NCBI GenBank assembly: GCA_018241335.1
Contig: JAFEEA010000001.1
Location: forward strand, 746 to 64,745
Length of the DNA stretch: 64,000 nucleotides
Origin: Pseudomonadota bacterium
Lineage (GTDB): Bacteria; Pseudomonadota; Alphaproteobacteria; Caulobacterales; Caulobacteraceae
Direction: 5' to 3'
The translations under genes were made by a program, and so were the position numbers. The notes under the pieces are model-generated. The model saw nothing but the letters and a program-made list of their open reading frames with translations, was not told where the DNA came from and searched no databases. Positions 21,108 to 29,122 of this stretch are shown here, one piece after another; within the stretch, counting starts at the first letter, position 1; every line of letters starts with the position of its first letter.

Positions 21108-21572
21108 ATGTTTGGAACAATCTACTCGCAAATCGGCACTGTTGTATTGATCGCAACGTTCGCCTTTGCGTTGTGGAAGGGTGACTCCGCGGAACGTGTC
21201 GGCGGCGGCATGAATCTGGCCGCCGGCCTGTTCGCCATGTTTCTTCACCCCCTTCTGGCCCCGGACGTCCAGCCGGTCGCCCTGCTGGTCGTGGACGCCG
21301 CCCTGGCGGCCGGCTTCCTGTTCCTGGCCATCCGGTTCGCGAGTCTCTGGCTGGGCCTGGCCATGCTGCTGCAGGCCGTCCAGTTCAGCCTGCATGCCTA
21401 CTACATGGTCGGCGACCTGGCGCATGACTGGAACTACGCCCGGATCAACAACCTCGACACCCTGGGCATCATGATCTGCATCATCGGCGGCACCGTCGTC
21501 TCCTGGCGCCGCCGGCGGCGCAAGCACCGCCAGGATGCTGAAAAGGCGGCGGAAAGCAGCCAGAAGGCCTGA
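21108..21572 (+). CDS. Hypothetical multi-pass membrane protein (154 aa)
   Basis: About 4-5 hydrophobic segments and a basic RRRRRK cytoplasmic tail. Confidence 0.8.
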   Translation: MFGTIYSQIGTVVLIATFAFALWKGDSAERVGGGMNLAAGLFAMFLHPLLAPDVQPVALLVVDAALAAGFLFLAIRFASLWLGLAMLLQAVQFSLHAYYMVGDLAHDWNYARINNLDTLGIMICIIGGTVVSWRRRRRKHRQDAEKAAESSQKA

Positions 21573-21703
21573 CCGGCCGCCGCGGCGCTTCAGCGCGCAC
21601 CTGAAAATATCGCTTGTCTTTGGGCCCAAACGCGGGCTTTTGCGCCGCGGGCCACGCCCCCCCAACGGGGCGCTGCTCATCTGCAAGGATGGGAGACATT
21701 GCT

Positions 21704-22873
21704 ATGACGACCCTCGCCAAGCCGGCCATGCGGCCCGCTCGCCCCGAGTTTTCTTCCGGCCCGTGCGCCAAGCGCCCCGGCTGGTCCCCTGAAAATCTGC
21801 GCAACGCGGTCCTCGGCCGCTCGCACCGCTCCAAGCTGGGCAAGGGCAGGCTGCAAGCCGCCATCGACCAGACGCGCGCCGTGCTGCAGGTTCCGGACGA
21901 CTACCTGATCGGCATCGTGCCGGGCTCCGACACCGGCGCCCTGGAAATGGCCCTGTGGTCGCTGCTGGGCCCGCGCCCCGTGCAGCTGCTGGCCTTCGAA
22001 TCCTTCGGCAAGGACTGGGTGACCGACGTCACCAAGCAGCTGAAGCTCGACGCCGAAGTGCTCGACGCGCCCTACGGCAAGCTGCCGGACCTGACCAGGG
22101 TGCGCCCCGACGCCGACCTGGTGTTCACCTGGAACGGCACCACCTCGGGGGTGCGCGTGCCGAACGCCGACTTCATTTCCGCCGACCGCGAGGGCGTGAC
22201 CATCTGCGACGCCACCAGCGCCGCCTTCGCCCAGGATCTCGACTGGGCCAAGCTCGATGTGGTGACCTTCTCCTGGCAGAAGGCCCTGGGCGGCGAGGCC
22301 GCGCATGGGGTGCTGATCCTGTCGCCCCGCGCCGTGGCCCGGGCCGAGAGCTACACGCCGGCCTGGCCGATGCCCAAGCTGTTCCGCATGACCAAGGGCG
22401 GCAAGATCAGCCGCGACATCTTCGAAGGGGCGACCATCAACACCCCCTCGATGCTCTGCGTCGAAGACTATCTGGACGCCCTGAAGTGGGCGGCTGGCAT
22501 CGGCGGCCTGACCGAGTTGAAGCGCCGGGCGGACGAAAACCTCTCCGTGCTGGCCGACTGGGTCGCCAAGACCCCCTGGGTCGATTTCCTGGCCGAAGAC
22601 GCGACGATCCGCTCCAACACTTCCGTCTGCCTCAAGGTGGTCGATCCCAAGGTGACGGCGCTCTCCGCCGACGCCCAGGCCGACTTCGCCAAGAAGCTGG
22701 CGTCCCTGCTGGAAAAGGAAGGCGCGGCCCTGGACATCGGCGGCTACCGCGATGCGCCTCCCGGCCTTCGCATCTGGTGCGGCGCCACCGTCGAGGCCGA
22801 TGACCTGCAGGCCCTGACCCCCTGGCTGGACTGGGCCTTCGCCGAAGTCTCCGCCGAACTGGCGGCCGCCTGA
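21704..22873 (+). CDS. serC: Phosphoserine aminotransferase SerC
   Basis: [29 protein letters not shown] (PLP lysine), INTPS; ATG 21704 after GGGAG. Confidence 0.96.
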   Translation: MTTLAKPAMRPARPEFSSGPCAKRPGWSPENLRNAVLGRSHRSKLGKGRLQAAIDQTRAVLQVPDDYLIGIVPGSDTGALEMALWSLLGPRPVQLLAFESFGKDWVTDVTKQLKLDAEVLDAPYGKLPDLTRVRPDADLVFTWNGTTSGVRVPNADFISADREGVTICDATSAAFAQDLDWAKLDVVTFSWQKALGGEAAHGVLILSPRAVARAESYTPAWPMPKLFRMTKGGKISRDIFEGATINTPSMLCVEDYLDALKWAAGIGGLTELKRRADENLSVLADWVAKTPWVDFLAEDATIRSNTSVCLKVVDPKVTALSADAQADFAKKLASLLEKEGAALDIGGYRDAPPGLRIWCGATVEADDLQALTPWLDWAFAEVSAELAAA

Positions 22874-22886
22874 TCCTGCCTCCTTA

Positions 22887-22908
22887 GCCCGGCCCATCGC
22901 GGCCGGGC
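22887..22908 (+). other. Intercistronic GC hairpin between serC and serA
   Basis: GCCCGGCC-CATCGC-GGCCGGGC; no U-tract. Confidence 0.35.
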
Positions 22909-22968
22909 GACTTCCCCACAACGCCCGCGCCCCATCGAGCGGCGCGCGCCCGCAAACGGACACACATC

Positions 22969-24546
22969 ATGGCTCCCCGAGTCCTCATCGCCGACAAGCT
23001 TTCGCCCGCCGCCGTCGACATCTTCCGCCAGCGCGGCGTCGACGCCGACGTCAAAACCGGCCTCTCCAAGGACGAACTGCTCAAGATCATCGGCGACTAC
23101 GACGGCCTGGCCGTCCGCTCGGCCACCAAGGCCGACAAGGACGTCATCGCCGCCGCCAAGAACATGAAAGTCATCGGCCGCGCCGGCATCGGGGTCGACA
23201 ATGTCGACATCCCCGCCGCCACCGCCGCCGGCATCGTGGTGATGAACACCCCCTTCGGCAACTCGATCACCACCGCCGAGCACGCCATCGCCATGATGTT
23301 CGCCCTGGCGCGCCAGCTGCCCGCCGCCGACGTCTCCACCCAGGCCGGCAAGTGGGAGAAGAACCGCTTCATGGGCGTGGAGCTCTACGCCAAGACCCTC
23401 GGCCTGATCGGCGCCGGCAACATCGGCTCGATCGTCGCCGACCGCGCCCAGGGCCTGAAGATGAAGGTCGTCGCCTTCGACCCGTTCCTGTCGCCTGAGC
23501 GGGCGGTCGAGATCGGCGTCGAGAAGGTCGAGCTGGAAGACCTGCTGGCGCGCGCCGACATCATCACCCTGCACACCCCGCTGACCGACAAGACGCGCAA
23601 CATCCTGTCGGCCGAGGCCCTGGCCAAGACCAAGAAGGGCGTCCTCATCATCAACTGCGCCCGCGGCGGCCTGGTGGACGAGGCGGCCCTGCGCAAGCTG
23701 CTGGACGAGAAACACGTCGGCGGCGCGGCCTTCGACGTGTTCGTGGAAGAGCCGGCCAAGGAAAACCCGCTGTTCGGGGCCGAGAACTTCATCGCCACCC
23801 CGCACCTGGGCGCCTCCACCAACGAGGCCCAGGAGAACGTGGCCCTGCAGGTCGCCGAACAGATGAGCGACTACCTGCTGACCGGCGCGGTGACCAACGC
23901 CCTGAACAGCCCCTCGGTCAGCGCCGAGGATGCGCCGAAGCTGAAGCCCTACATCGCGCTGGCCGACAAACTGGGCGCCTTCGCCGGGCAGATGGTGGAC
24001 GTGGGCCTGAAAGGCATCGACATCGCCTACGAGGGCGACATCGCCGCCCTCAACGTCAAGCCGCTGACCGCCACGGCCCTGGCCGGGGTGCTGCGCCCGA
24101 TGCTGGCGGAGATCAACATGGTCTCGGCCCCCTCGGTGGCCAAGGAGCGCGGCGTCACCATCTCCGAGAGCCGCCAGGAGACGTCGCCCGTCTATGAGAC
24201 CCTGATGCGCATCACGGTGACCACCGAGATGGGCCGCCGCGCCTTCGCAGGCACGGTGGTGGCCGGCTCGCCGCGCATCGTCGAGGTGAAGGGCATGGAG
24301 CTGGACGCGGCCTTCGCCCCGGCCATGCTCTACGTCAACAACCTGGACAAGCCGGGCTTCATCGGGGCCCTGGGCGCGCTGCTGGGCGAGACGGGGGTGA
24401 ACATCGCCACCTTCAACCTCGGCCGCGTCTCCGCAGGCGACGACGCCATCGCCCTGGTGGGCGTCGACCAGGCCCCGGACGACAAGCTGATCGCCAAGAT
24501 CCGCGCCCTGCCGCACGTCAAGGAAGTGCGGGCCCTGACGTTCTGA
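22969..24546 (+). CDS. serA: D-3-phosphoglycerate dehydrogenase SerA
   Basis: GRAGIGVDNVD, GAGNIG, NCARGG, TPHLGAST, C-terminal ACT domain. Confidence 0.97.
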   Translation: MAPRVLIADKLSPAAVDIFRQRGVDADVKTGLSKDELLKIIGDYDGLAVRSATKADKDVIAAAKNMKVIGRAGIGVDNVDIPAATAAGIVVMNTPFGNSITTAEHAIAMMFALARQLPAADVSTQAGKWEKNRFMGVELYAKTLGLIGAGNIGSIVADRAQGLKMKVVAFDPFLSPERAVEIGVEKVELEDLLARADIITLHTPLTDKTRNILSAEALAKTKKGVLIINCARGGLVDEAALRKLLDEKHVGGAAFDVFVEEPAKENPLFGAENFIATPHLGASTNEAQENVALQVAEQMSDYLLTGAVTNALNSPSVSAEDAPKLKPYIALADKLGAFAGQMVDVGLKGIDIAYEGDIAALNVKPLTATALAGVLRPMLAEINMVSAPSVAKERGVTISESRQETSPVYETLMRITVTTEMGRRAFAGTVVAGSPRIVEVKGMELDAAFAPAMLYVNNLDKPGFIGALGALLGETGVNIATFNLGRVSAGDDAIALVGVDQAPDDKLIAKIRALPHVKEVRALTF

Positions 24547-24588
24547 GCAAAGCGGGGGGACGGCGCCGGAAGCCTGATCCCCAAATGA

Positions 24589-24762
24589 CCGTCATCCTCG
24601 GCCGTCCGTGCCGAGGATCCATACGTGCCGAACCCGATGTCGCGCAGCGGCAGCGGAGCGGCGCTAGGCCCCGGTGAACGTTCTGCTTGGCTCGCCCTTC
24701 GGTGCGAGCCACCCGTCCTCACGTGTTCATGGGCCCTCGGCACTGACGGCCGAGGGTGACGG
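24589..24762. repeat. 174-bp palindromic element with 34-bp inverted ends, family C (GTCATCCTCGG type)
   Basis: 24589-24622 matches the reverse complement of 24729-24762 at 30/34; each end is itself a hairpin; internal hairpin GGCTCGC..GCGAGCC at 24689-24710. Confidence 0.8.
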
Positions 24763-24790
24763 TTCAGAGGGGGGGCGATCTGGAGCGCTG

Positions 24791-25990
24791 CTAGGCGTCC
24801 ACCGGGTCACTTGCGTTCGCCGCCGCCGCCTCGGCCGCCAGCACGCCTGCCGCCTCCAGAGCCGCGACGTCGCTCGCCGAACGGCCAAGCCAATCGGACA
24901 GAACCTCGGCGTTGTGCTCGCCGCGCCAGGGGGCGGGACCGCGTACGCCGCTGGCGGCGTCCGAGAACCGATAGGGCGACTGGACGACCGGGCGCGTCCC
25001 GCCGGCGCGGTCGTCGATCTCGATGATGGTCTTTCGGTGGGCCAGGGTCGGCTGTTCGCGCAAGTCAGCCGCGGCGCGCACCTTGCCCCAGGCCACATTC
25101 ATCTTCGCGAACGCCTTCTCCACCGCCGGCCAGTCGGGCAGGGCGGCCATGAAGGCCGCCGCCGCCTCGCGCCGCCCGGCGATCTTGCTCGCCAGGTCGG
25201 TCGCCCCAGCGGGCTCGGCCACGTCGAAGTGCTGTTGCAGCAGCCGCCACAGGTAGCGGAAGTCGCCCGAGATCAGGATCGGCCCCGCCCCGGTCTCCCA
25301 GACGTCGTTGGGCAGCGGCGCGGTCGCCTCGGAATCCTCAAGGTCGTAGTGCAGGTTGTCGTCGGTGGCGACGGTGGCGTCGACCATGGCGATGTCGATG
25401 TGCTGTCCCCGGCCGGTCCGCTCGCGCATGATCACCGCCGACAGCAGGCCGACCAGGCCGTGCAGCGAGGCGTTGGTGTCGGCCACCGACAGCGGCAGGT
25501 CGCGATAGGGGATCTTGCCGCGCCGATGCGAGCGCTCCAGCAGGCCGATCTCGGCGTGGACGATGGGAGCGTAGGCCGGCCGGTGTGACTCCGGCCCGCC
25601 CTGGCCGAAGCCCGAGATCGACAGCATGATCAGGCGCGGATTGATCTCGCGCAGGACGTCCCAGCCCAGGCCCAGGCGGGGCATCACGTCGGGGCGGTAG
25701 TTCTCGATCAGGATGTCGGCCTGGCGCGCCAGGTCCAGCACCAGTTCGCGTGCTCCGGGCGCCCGCAGGTCGATGCAGATGTTGCGCTTGCCGGCGTTCT
25801 GGGCGTGGTAGTAGCCGGGCAGGCCGGCCACCACCTTGCCCCAGGTGCGGGTGACGTCCCCGTCCGGCGGCTCGACCTTGACCACGTCGGCGCCGAGGTC
25901 GCTGAGCATCCGTCCGGCGAACGGCCCCGCCAGCACCCGCGACAGGTCCAGCACCTTCAGCCCCGCCAGGGGATAGCCCGCGATCGTCAT
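24791..25990 (-). CDS. CaiB/BaiF family III CoA-transferase
   Basis: LKVLDLSRVLAGPF, ADVVKVEPPDGD, ENYRP, conserved Asp in SVAD, ERTGRGQ; ATGA overlap with the upstream gene. Confidence 0.92.
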   Translation of the reverse strand: MTIAGYPLAGLKVLDLSRVLAGPFAGRMLSDLGADVVKVEPPDGDVTRTWGKVVAGLPGYYHAQNAGKRNICIDLRAPGARELVLDLARQADILIENYRPDVMPRLGLGWDVLREINPRLIMLSISGFGQGGPESHRPAYAPIVHAEIGLLERSHRRGKIPYRDLPLSVADTNASLHGLVGLLSAVIMRERTGRGQHIDIAMVDATVATDDNLHYDLEDSEATAPLPNDVWETGAGPILISGDFRYLWRLLQQHFDVAEPAGATDLASKIAGRREAAAAFMAALPDWPAVEKAFAKMNVAWGKVRAAADLREQPTLAHRKTIIEIDDRAGGTRPVVQSPYRFSDAASGVRGPAPWRGEHNAEVLSDWLGRSASDVAALEAAGVLAAEAAAANASDPVDA

Positions 25991-27108
25991 GACTTGGTCT
26001 TCCATTGGGCGAGCAGCTCGGCCTCGCGTTGGGGGGTGAGGCCGGCGCGCAAGGCGGCCTGCCGGTCGGCGGGCTGCTGGCGGAACCAGGCCAGGGTGTC
26101 GGCGGCCGTCGCAGCCAGGGGCCGGAAGGTCAGGCCCGCGGCCAGGGCTCGCTCGATGCTGCGGCGGGCGAAGCCGGCGCTGTCGCCCTCGGACGGGACC
26201 CAGACGGGCATGTCGCTCCAGGCGGACACCTTGTGGGCGCCAAGGAAGTCAGCGGGGATCCAGGTCAGGGGCGGGTGGGCGCCGACGCCTTTTGCCGTCT
26301 CGTCCAGCAGGCCCTTCATGGTCAGGGTCCTGGCCGGGCCGGTGGCGTTGAAGACGCCCGCCGTGCGCGTCTCGGCCAGGCGCACGATCCACTCGGCCAG
26401 GTCGCGGGCGTCGATCAGCTGCACGGGATCGGCCCCGTCGCCGGGCGCGGCCACCTCGCCGCCCCGGGCCAGGCGAACCGGCCAGTAAGTGAAGCGGTCT
26501 GTCTCGTCGCCGGGGCCGGCGATCAGTCCCGGCCGGATGATGGTGGTGCGCGTCTCGCCGAACTGGCGGCGGGCCTCCTGCTCGCTCACCGCCTTCAGGG
26601 GGCCGTAGAGTTCCCGGTGCGGGCCCTGGCTCTTCTCGGCCATGGGGTCGGCGCCCGCGTAGGCCAGCAAGGGCGCGCTCTCGTCGGCCGGCTTGTCGGC
26701 GGCGGCGTAGACCGAGACCGTGGAGACGAACAGGTACTGACCCACATGGCCGGCCAGCACCCGTCCGGCGTCCCGCACCCAGAAGGGCAGGGTGGTGGGA
26801 TTGTCGATGCAGGCGTCCCACTGGCGGCCCTCGAGCGCCTTGAGGTCGCCGGTGTCGCGATCGCCTAGCAGTTCCTCCACCTCGCCCGGCCAGGCGTGGG
26901 GGGACTTGCCGCGGTTGAACAGGGTCACCTTGTGGCCGCGTTCCAGGGCGTAGCGGACCTGGTGCGGGCCGATGAAGCCGGTGCCGCCCAGGATCAGCAG
27001 GTTCAGCTTGCGCGGCGGCGACGCGGCGCGGGCCAGGCCGCCGGGCAGCGCCAGGGCGGTCGCGGCCAGGGCGGAGTGCTTGACGACATCGCGGCGGGTG
27101 CGGGGCAT
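25987..27108 (-). CDS. NAD-dependent epimerase/dehydratase (extended SDR) with Tat-like signal
   Basis: TRRDVVK leader, ILGGTGFIG, FNRG, YGPLK, IRPGLIAGPGD. Confidence 0.85.
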   Translation of the reverse strand: MPRTRRDVVKHSALAATALALPGGLARAASPPRKLNLLILGGTGFIGPHQVRYALERGHKVTLFNRGKSPHAWPGEVEELLGDRDTGDLKALEGRQWDACIDNPTTLPFWVRDAGRVLAGHVGQYLFVSTVSVYAAADKPADESAPLLAYAGADPMAEKSQGPHRELYGPLKAVSEQEARRQFGETRTTIIRPGLIAGPGDETDRFTYWPVRLARGGEVAAPGDGADPVQLIDARDLAEWIVRLAETRTAGVFNATGPARTLTMKGLLDETAKGVGAHPPLTWIPADFLGAHKVSAWSDMPVWVPSEGDSAGFARRSIERALAAGLTFRPLAATAADTLAWFRQQPADRQAALRAGLTPQREAELLAQWKTKS

Positions 27109-27116
27109 GGCGTCTT

Positions 27117-28262
27117 CTATCCCTTGATGGCGGCGATCGTCTGCCCTGACGCGGGGGCGCCCGCGGCCAGGGCGGCTTCCATCTTCTCGACGTTGGCGCG
27201 GATGCGTTCCACGTCCGGCGCCTGGGCCAGGGCGGCGCGGCCAAAGCGCAGGGCGTCCTGGAAATGGCCCAGCCGCCAGCCGCAGATGGCCGCCAGGTCC
27301 TCGGGGATCACGCCGCACCAGGACTCCTCGCCGTACTCGCGCACCAGATCCGGCCGGGCGATGGCCTGGCGGGCGGCGTCATAGCAACGCTCCCACGCCT
27401 CGGCCTGGTAGTAGGCGTAGGCCAGGTCGATCCAGGCGCCGCGCAGGGCGGGGTTCTCGTCCACCGCCTGGCGGAACAGGCTGAGCGAGCGGTCGATATG
27501 GCCCGCCTTGCGCTCGATCTCGGCCATCAGGCGTAAGGTGGCGCTGCGCTCGGCGTCGAAGCGGGCCGGCTCGAAGGCCAGGTAGCGCTCGAACTCGGCC
27601 AGGGCCTCCTCCCCCCGGTCGTGGAAGGCGTACTCGCGGCCGAGATAGTGGGCGTGACGGCGCTCGTGCGGCTGTTCGGCGGCGGCCATCTGCAGCATCG
27701 GCAAGTACTGGCCCCGCTGTTTGTCTGGGTCGTGGCGCTGCTCCATCACCAGGTCCGTGGCCGTCACGGCGTGGGCCTGGACCCCGCTGGCGACCACATA
27801 CTCGTGGCAGGGCCCGCTCCAGCGGAAGCCGCGGCGCGCGTGGATGCGGTTGTCGAGGAACTGGCGCGGGGCGCCCGTCGGCGTGCGGGCCCAGATCTCG
27901 GTGTAGTTGATCTGGTTCACGGGCCCGGTCCACACCCGCTCGATGATCGCGCGCCAGCCGGGATGCAGCACGGTGTCCAGGTCCAGCGACACGCAGACGT
28001 CCACGTCGCCGGGCACCAGCGCCAGGGCGGCGTTGCGGGCGTCGTCGAAGCGCCAAGGGTCGACACGGATGTGGTGGACCACCGCCCCCAGCTCGCGGAA
28101 CAGGTCCGGCGTGCCGTCGGTGGAGCCGGTGTCGGCGATGCACACCAGGTCGGCGCCTTGGGCGCTCTGCATGAAGGCGCGCACGTGCTCGGCCTCGTTC
28201 AGGCAGATGGCGTAGACGGCGATCCGCAGGCGGCTTGGGGGGGCGGCCCCGGCCTCAGGCAT
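27117..28262 (-). CDS. GT2 glycosyltransferase with C-terminal TPR repeats
   Basis: VYAICLNE, ADTGSTDGT, WRFDDARN, DxD-like DLD, YLGREY helical repeats. Confidence 0.88.
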   Translation of the reverse strand: MPEAGAAPPSRLRIAVYAICLNEAEHVRAFMQSAQGADLVCIADTGSTDGTPDLFRELGAVVHHIRVDPWRFDDARNAALALVPGDVDVCVSLDLDTVLHPGWRAIIERVWTGPVNQINYTEIWARTPTGAPRQFLDNRIHARRGFRWSGPCHEYVVASGVQAHAVTATDLVMEQRHDPDKQRGQYLPMLQMAAAEQPHERRHAHYLGREYAFHDRGEEALAEFERYLAFEPARFDAERSATLRLMAEIERKAGHIDRSLSLFRQAVDENPALRGAWIDLAYAYYQAEAWERCYDAARQAIARPDLVREYGEESWCGVIPEDLAAICGWRLGHFQDALRFGRAALAQAPDVERIRANVEKMEAALAAGAPASGQTIAAIKG

Positions 28263-29076
28263 CGTAGAAGAAGGGCGCGTGCAGGCCGATCAGGGTCTTC
28301 GCGCGCGGGCTGTCCGCGCGGGCCCGGGCCTCGGGGGACACGTGGCTGACCTCGTCCGTGGTGAAGAGGCGCTGGGCGATGTCGCGACGGGCGTAGTGGG
28401 CCTGCAGGAAGAACCGGCCGAAGCCGGGCTGGGCCGGCGTGCCCCGGTGCCAGGCGTCGGAGACGAACAGGATCGCGTCGCCGGCCCTGGCGGGCAGCAG
28501 CTGAATGCCGCGCCCCTCGAAGGTCAGGGCCATGCCCTGCTCGTCAGCATCGCGCGGCGGCGAGCGGCCGGAGCGGTGCGAGCCCGGCAGGATGCCGGTG
28601 GGCCCCGCCTCCAGCGGGCAGTCAATGAGGAACAAGTGCATGCCGATGGCGAAGATCGGATAGGGGATATCCTCCGGCCAGGGCACGCCTTCGGGGCGCG
28701 GCACGTGCGGCCCGGCGTCGGTGTGCCAGCGCCCGCCCTGGTGGCCGGCCACGTTGCGCCAGGCGGTGTTGGCGATGACGTGGCAGTCCTCGCCCAGAAG
28801 CGGCTCGATGACATCGAGGATCGCCCGCTCGGCGACGGCCTTCTGCGACAGCGGGGAGCGGTTCAGCATCCCATGTCGGAATTCGCCCAGCGCATCTTGT
28901 GGCCGGTCGGCTTCCGAAGCCTCGTAGACGGCGGTGATCTCCTCCGCCAGGGCGGCGACGGCGTCCGGCGCCAGCACGTTCGGCAGATGCGCCCAGCCTT
29001 CGCGCTCCAGCTGGGCGGAGGCGGCCGGCGCGGGCGCCTTGCGAAGGGCCAGGTTGCCGTATCGGCGGGTGATCAT
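28255..29076 (-). CDS. Phytanoyl-CoA dioxygenase (PhyH)-family Fe(II)/2OG oxygenase
   Basis: WHTD (HxD), GPTGILPGSH, WHRG; 8-nt overlap with the GT gene. Confidence 0.85.
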   Translation of the reverse strand: MITRRYGNLALRKAPAPAASAQLEREGWAHLPNVLAPDAVAALAEEITAVYEASEADRPQDALGEFRHGMLNRSPLSQKAVAERAILDVIEPLLGEDCHVIANTAWRNVAGHQGGRWHTDAGPHVPRPEGVPWPEDIPYPIFAIGMHLFLIDCPLEAGPTGILPGSHRSGRSPPRDADEQGMALTFEGRGIQLLPARAGDAILFVSDAWHRGTPAQPGFGRFFLQAHYARRDIAQRLFTTDEVSHVSPEARARADSPRAKTLIGLHAPFFYDA

Positions 29077-29122
29077 GGCGCGAGTATGGGCGCGGAACCC
29101 GCCAAGGCTCAAGCGGTCCGGC

